Shown: positions 58,593 through 64,000 of the stretch, piece after piece
Position numbering within the stretch: position 1 is the first letter of the stretch
Layout of the letters: every line of letters begins with the position of its first letter
NCBI GenBank assembly: GCA_022813865.1
Contig: JALDZX010000077.1
Location: 1-64,000 of the forward strand
Length of the DNA stretch: 64,000 bases
Direction: 5' to 3'
Source of the DNA: Xylographa opegraphella
Taxonomy: Eukaryota
Translations under genes and position numbers: made by a program
The notes under the pieces: model-generated
The model's input: only the letters and a program-made list of their open reading frames with translations
What the model was told of the DNA's origin: nothing
Databases searched by the model: none

Positions 58593-59192
58593 ACTCGACC
58601 AGGAGACGGGGAACCATGATATTACCTTCACAAAACACATCTATGATGCGCTATATTCGTATGAGGTAATGACGCGTTCGATCCTGGTTTTATTATGGTA
58701 GCAGTTGTGCCATTACCATAAAACTGAACCGTTCATATTACAAGTGTAGATTCCATAATCTGGGTACCATTTTGAGTAAATGGCTTGACATCGAACCAAA
58801 TAACCATGACGGATGGTGACCGGAAACCTGTATGATAGTAGTCTGGCATGTCAGTACTTCACTATCCTGGCGAGTTGATATATCCACTTTTCCAGATTAT
58901 GTGGAACCCAGCGTCCGGCTTTCTGTGCCTGAGTACAACGTTGCGGTTTCCAAATTCCGGGGATCTCAAATGCTTCAGAACATTGCCAAAACCTCCCACG
59001 GAAGTATCTCAACTTAGATCAACTCATAAGCTACAGTTGTCGTGTATTGGCGGAACTCCTGGCTGATATGATACGAGGACCGCCGACCAGCAGTGCTTTC
59101 GTCAGATATTTAGTATTGGAGGCTGCATATAGGCTAATTGAACTCTTCTTTCTAGTAGCTTGTAGCTCTGATGAAGCATGAAAAGCTCTTAC

Positions 59193-60296
59193 TCACTCAG
59201 CTAACTCTCGGCCAAAGTCAATAAGTCTCAGGTTCCGTGCATCTCTTGGATGAAATTGTGCAACCTTCGCTCTGATCAAGAATCTTACGGCGGCAGAGTC
59301 CCGTGTGAGGGTCACATAGGCGTCCGGGCCTTCCTCGGCAGCTATGTTAAGCAGATCCTCTATCAATGACCTCATCTCTGCAGCTGTAGCTTCTCTCTCA
59401 TAACCTTCTCTAATAGCGCCCTCATGTGGTCCCCAAATTCGATCGATACGCCTTTGTCGTTTGCTATCGACCTTACCCGTCTGTGCTTTCGGCTTCTTTG
59501 CAGTACCTTTTGGGTTGAAGCCAGCCGCGAGCATTTCATCGGATACGTCGAGCAGATCGCCCACGACAGGGCCACCGAGTTCTTCCGCTGCGACAAGTGC
59601 TGCTAGGTGGGATTTGATGAAGCGGGCAAGGGCCTTCACTGACTTCCTAGTGTCTTCCTCGAGAAATTGGCTGCGCTCCTCTTGCGAAGCGATCACAGCT
59701 TTAGCGGTCTCCTCCGGACTTACCTGAGACTTCTCCTGCACTTCAATGGTTAGTCTAGCGATACCATCTTTCAGAGCAGCAGTGATGAGTTGAGCGTCAT
59801 GGAGATCGGCTTGTTCTTGAGCCAGCCGTTCGCGAGCTTCCGACAGCTTCCGATGGGTAGTCCATGCAGAGTCTTTAGATTCTGCGAACACTTTATGGGT
59901 ATTGCGCAGTGCAAGAAGGACGGGCAGTGGAGAGTCCGGGCTCGGTAGGTATGGCGCGGCTTGAGTTAAGTTTCCATAAGCCGCTTTGATAGCTCGAAGC
60001 TGCTGTAGGCGCTTCTTAGGGTCTGTGGACGGTTGGTCGAAGTTGGACTCTGCGACGTTTGCTTTCAGCTAAGGAAACGTCAGTTGTGAATGACGTGAGG
60101 TAAGGACGTTGTGCGTGACCTGCACGAGAGCATTCTTTTCTTCTTCGACTTGTGATGAAAGCTCCTTGAAAGCTATATCGAGTCGAGCAGCATACGCAGA
60201 GCTGTCACTAACAGGCGATGGGGGGCTCTCCTCTACCTCTTTGGCCTGTCGGAGATAATCCTGTAGCTTGTCAAGCACCTCGACTGGCTCCGTCAT
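59193..60296 (-). CDS. Inner kinetochore protein CENP-K (Sim4/Mcm22-like); 2 exons
   Basis: Intron 60069-60119 (GTCACG..CTGAC..TAG). Coiled-coil middle and C-terminal LIEDLLN...YV...SAAVRFLIRAKVAQFHPRDARNLRLIDF, which matches the CENP-K C-terminal pattern. Confidence 0.75.
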
Positions 60297-60386
60297 TGTT
60301 TGTCATAGATGAAAGAGCTTTCGTATCGTGCCCGACGAGGTTGTAGGTAAGCTAAACCAATCAAGTATTGTTGGTCCAGTACCATG

Positions 60387-60397
60387 CGCGTTCGCGT
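60387..60397 (-). promoter_or_regulatory. Tandem MCB-like (ACGCG) sites upstream of CENP-K
   Basis: cgcgttcgcgt contains two ACGCG on the minus strand, ~90-100 bp upstream of the ATG. Confidence 0.4.
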
Positions 60398-62520
60398 ATA
60401 GGAATGTCATGACCGACTTCAAGCTCTTTGCAGCATCACCGGGTATGTTATCCTAGGACCAGAGGACCCAGTAGGATATTCTTAACGAGGCTCTCGAAGG
60501 CTTTGTAATTTGTTACGGGTCTTTAATGGTCCTCGGCCGTCAGGCAGCTTATATCGATCACCCCTCCAAAACTTAAGGTCGACTATTTTAACACTGCATT
60601 CCAAGTTGAGGAGCTACCTCCCTGTCCTAATACATTGAGAATACTTTGTTTTTTGTTTTCTGTGGGTTACTGCCAGAGTGCATGCTTAACTCCATACTAC
60701 GAAGTAAGATTAGGACCATCCGATAAACTCAGATACATTCGATCAACAGGAGAGCAATTTATCTCGGTACTTGCCCAGAAACCATGGAGAGCTTTCGGCG
60801 ATAAAATTATGGCGTTCGTGCTTCAGACTTATTGCCCATAATTAAGCTCTACCTGGATTGCCACCTGCACTTGGGGCTGGACGGCTTGTGAGTAGATGAG
60901 ACATCCTTTATAAGCACATTCTTCACAATATGTGACATCTAATATACTCAATACGAGTATGCGTCTGGTATATTCGCAAACAGCGCAATCAAATATACTT
61001 GTTCAATTAGATTGGTATTCACCTCTCATTTCGACGTGCTTCTACACACTCTTGTATAAAAGTGCTTTAAGTCGACGAGATGTAAGTGCATAGATCTTTG
61101 CTAGGTCTATATCTAGCACTTTGTGTGTTTTCCTCAAAGTTCGTTTTGGTTACAGGCGCCTCTGTAAGTTCGATTGGCTCTTTTTTCCGCTTCCTCCGTT
61201 GCCGAACAGGCTTTATTACATCCGCAGCGACGCGAAATGATTTAAGAATTGATGTTTCCATGATCTGCCATCCTAACCTTCATACACTCCGTCAGAGTAT
61301 TACGTCCCTGTCATTCATCGGTGCAGGGCTGGACTTTCGAACAATTCAAGGGTTGAATTGAACTACACGCAAGCAGTTTGTCTGGCTTATCGAGCAGCAG
61401 ATTGCGATTACCAATGCTGAAAGGCATAGCATCAACGGTACGGACATGAAGACGTTGGCGAAGAACATTGTCAATGTTATCCTAACAAAACAGAAGAGGC
61501 AATTATGGAGAGGCAAAATAGTGAGCATGACCATTTGGTAAGTATGTTTGTTCCAGGGGATTGATGACGAAATGACAGAAGCGGAAACAGGAATGGGGAG
61601 TCTCGCACTAGCAATCAGTGGAGGAAAACTGTGGAGATTAAGAGGTCCTGATCATTCGAACCAAAGATGTGAAGGAGTTTGTCTGTTTGCTCTTTTATGA
61701 AAACTAGTGGCGCGGGCTGCTATTGGACATGTAGATGGCATATCTGGGTTGTTGTCTGAGTTTTGCAGGCAACTGCTGCATAGCAGCGTCAGCCATAAGA
61801 ACGTCGAAGCCAGAGAGGAGCGATAGGTCCAATAGGCGCGGTGATAGGACCATGAAGACGGGATTGAAGGATTGTCGTTAAAAACGCGTGATCTTAAAGT
61901 GGCTAGCGCATAGACTAAAATCCACCTCCTCCCGCACTTCTTTCCTCGTTCTTCCCGACTCCTAAATCATTGTGACGATTTTCTTCTTCACCTACGCCTC
62001 ATCAATTTCGTCTCTCTCTTCTACTCACTCGAGTACCTCGCTTCGAGAGGTGTATAGTGAACAACGCTTCAACGTTCGAACACTCCTTTACTGCCTGTCG
62101 CAACACATCGGGCTTCAGAACAATAACAGGTTTGGATTAAGAAGCTCAGTTGGAAGGTTTCCTAGGTCACTAACAGCGTCCTCCGTCGTCACTCATCACT
62201 TTCACCGCACGGTCTCATCCGCATCACAATTGTTCCCTGTGATCATTTGATTGCAATTTGGAAGATCCCTTCGCTACTACGCAACCCATCACAGCACAAC
62301 TCCACAGACCCGATCATCACTCCATCACCACCCTCATCCTGATATCGATCACCAGCACATCCTCATACTCCACACGATCCATTGCACCAGCAAGTTTTCT
62401 TTCGAAACCCCCTGGTGTACATAGCCGATCAATCAAAAGAATTCAGCCAACCACAAGTACATTGCAAAGATATTGCCTGAATCGAGATTTCGAAAGATTC
62501 ATATTGATAAATAGGCAAAA

Positions 62521-64000
62521 ATGTCTGCATCACCTTCCGCGAACACGGTCCCATCAACCAAACGTCCTCTGGACGATGAATCCTCTCCATCAGGGCCAAC
62601 TGATCAACCAGACGCTAAGCGACCTGCTCTCGATAAGGTTGGGAAATCAGAGCTTCCAGACGAAGAGGAGTCCAAGGTCGACGCCGACGACACCGCCCCT
62701 ATTCCGGTTATTACAGACGATGTAAAACAGGAGGAGGAGAATAAGATGCTGTCAAATGGTCATACTGATGCACTTGGTGATACTATCGTTCCTGACGCCC
62801 CGAACGGTACCAATCCATCTGCATCCTCAGTTTTGAACACTCAACCAATTCAATCAACTGCTGGACAGCATGACAGCTCTGGCTCGCACGGGCAGATGCA
62901 GCACCAAGGCCATCAAGATGAAACGGGATGGATCCATGTCCGTGCTGTTATTTCAAGTGCAGAAGCAGCCACAGTCATCGGCAAAGGGGGAGAGAATGTT
63001 TCACAAATTCGTCGTCTTTCAGGTGCGAAATGCACCGTGAGTGATTATGCTCGTGGCGCAGTTGAGAGAATCCTCACTGTTAGCGGCCTCGTAGATGCTA
63101 CTGCCAAGGTCAGTCGTGCCTTTTGAATTCCTTTCTTTGGCTAATTTACCAAGGCCTTCGGTCTGATAATTCGAACACTTAACAACGAGCCTCTCGAAGC
63201 GCCTTCAACACCACAGTCGAAGACCTATCCCCTCCGACTTCTCGTACCACATATCTTGATTGGTTCTATCATTGGCAAGTCTGGTGTGCGTATTCGAGAA
63301 ATCCAGGAATTATCTGGAGCTCGCCTAAATGCTTCCGACTCCTGTCTACCCCTTTCTACTGAGCGTTCTCTTGTGGTTCTTGGTGTTGCTGATGCCGTAC
63401 ATATCGCGACATACTATGTCGGCCAGACATTGGTGGAACAACTTACGGAACGATTTGGTGGCCCGGCCGCTTCAGCATATGCCACGCGTAGTGGCGGGCC
63501 GGCTGGTGTAGTACCCGGTGGTATGCAGGTGGTTCCGTACGTGCCGCAGCCGGCAGGTGGTCAATATGGTCATCCCGACAATTACAAACGTCACAATAAC
63601 CAGCCACAACGCACACCAGCAAATCCCTATGCGGTACCATATCTTCATGGTCAACCACCTCAGCAACAACCACAAGCTCCAGTACATTATGCCAACTCAC
63701 CACAGCAAGGCTACGCAGGTGCAGGGCCACATCAGCCTCAACAGCATGGCGGGCATCAAGCCCCGCATAGTCATGCTGGGCCCCCAGCTCAGCCAATGCA
63801 AGGCATGGTACCCGGTCAGCCCCTGACTCAACAGATCTTCATTCCTAACGACATGGTTGGAGCCATTATTGGTAAAGGCGGCGCCAAAATCAACGAAATC
63901 AGGCAGCTTAGTGGAAGCGTGATCAAGATCAACGAACCCCAAGACAATAGCAATGAACGACTAGTTACTATTACAGGGACACAGGAGTGTAATCAGATGG
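62521..64000 (+). CDS. Three-KH-domain RNA-binding protein (Pbp2/hnRNP K/PCBP-like), partial at right edge
   Basis: Intron 63109-63153. KH1 VIGKGGENVSQIR, KH2 IGSIIGKSGVRIREIQ, a Gln/Pro/Gly-rich linker, and KH3 IFIPNDMVGAIIGKGGAKINEIRQLSG. Confidence 0.9.

Noticed and set aside
1..64000. Prokaryotic-type systems (CRISPR, operons, defence islands), intact transposons, biosynthetic cluster
   Set aside because: Intron-containing fungal housekeeping region; no spacer arrays, transposase/RT or PKS/NRPS motifs seen.

Overview
Eukaryotic nuclear DNA from a filamentous ascomycete (Pezizomycotina), shown by short GT-AG introns with CTRAY branch sites and fungal-type proteins. I built the gene models by hand, joining ORF pieces across introns. 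In order: a partial CDS at the left edge, a mitochondrial PPR protein, a small HAM-8-like membrane protein, UTP18, hexokinase, a CSC1/OSCA (DUF221) channel, a ~7 kb gene-poor stretch with decayed coding relics, a 90-aa basic protein, CGI121, NAD-glutamate dehydrogenase, ADE2, DOP1, MON1, two hypothetical genes, a RecQ helicase, a KEL3/KLHDC4-like kelch protein, a PLP-decarboxylase pseudogene, a 14-exon proline iminopeptidase, CENP-K, and a 3-KH RNA-binding protein cut by the right edge. I saw no tRNA, rRNA, intact transposon or secondary-metabolite cluster. Most notable: (1) the 401-nt first intron of CGI121 folds into a type I hammerhead-ribozyme-like three-way junction with a variant core; (2) a 135-bp foldback palindrome lies in the RecQ/kelch divergent promoter; (3) C-rich to G-rich strand-skew switches recur regardless of gene orientation; (4) RecQ has two consecutive GC-AG introns; (5) a spliced antisense transcript overlaps the MON1 3' end. 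Family assignments come from motif recognition, not database searches.
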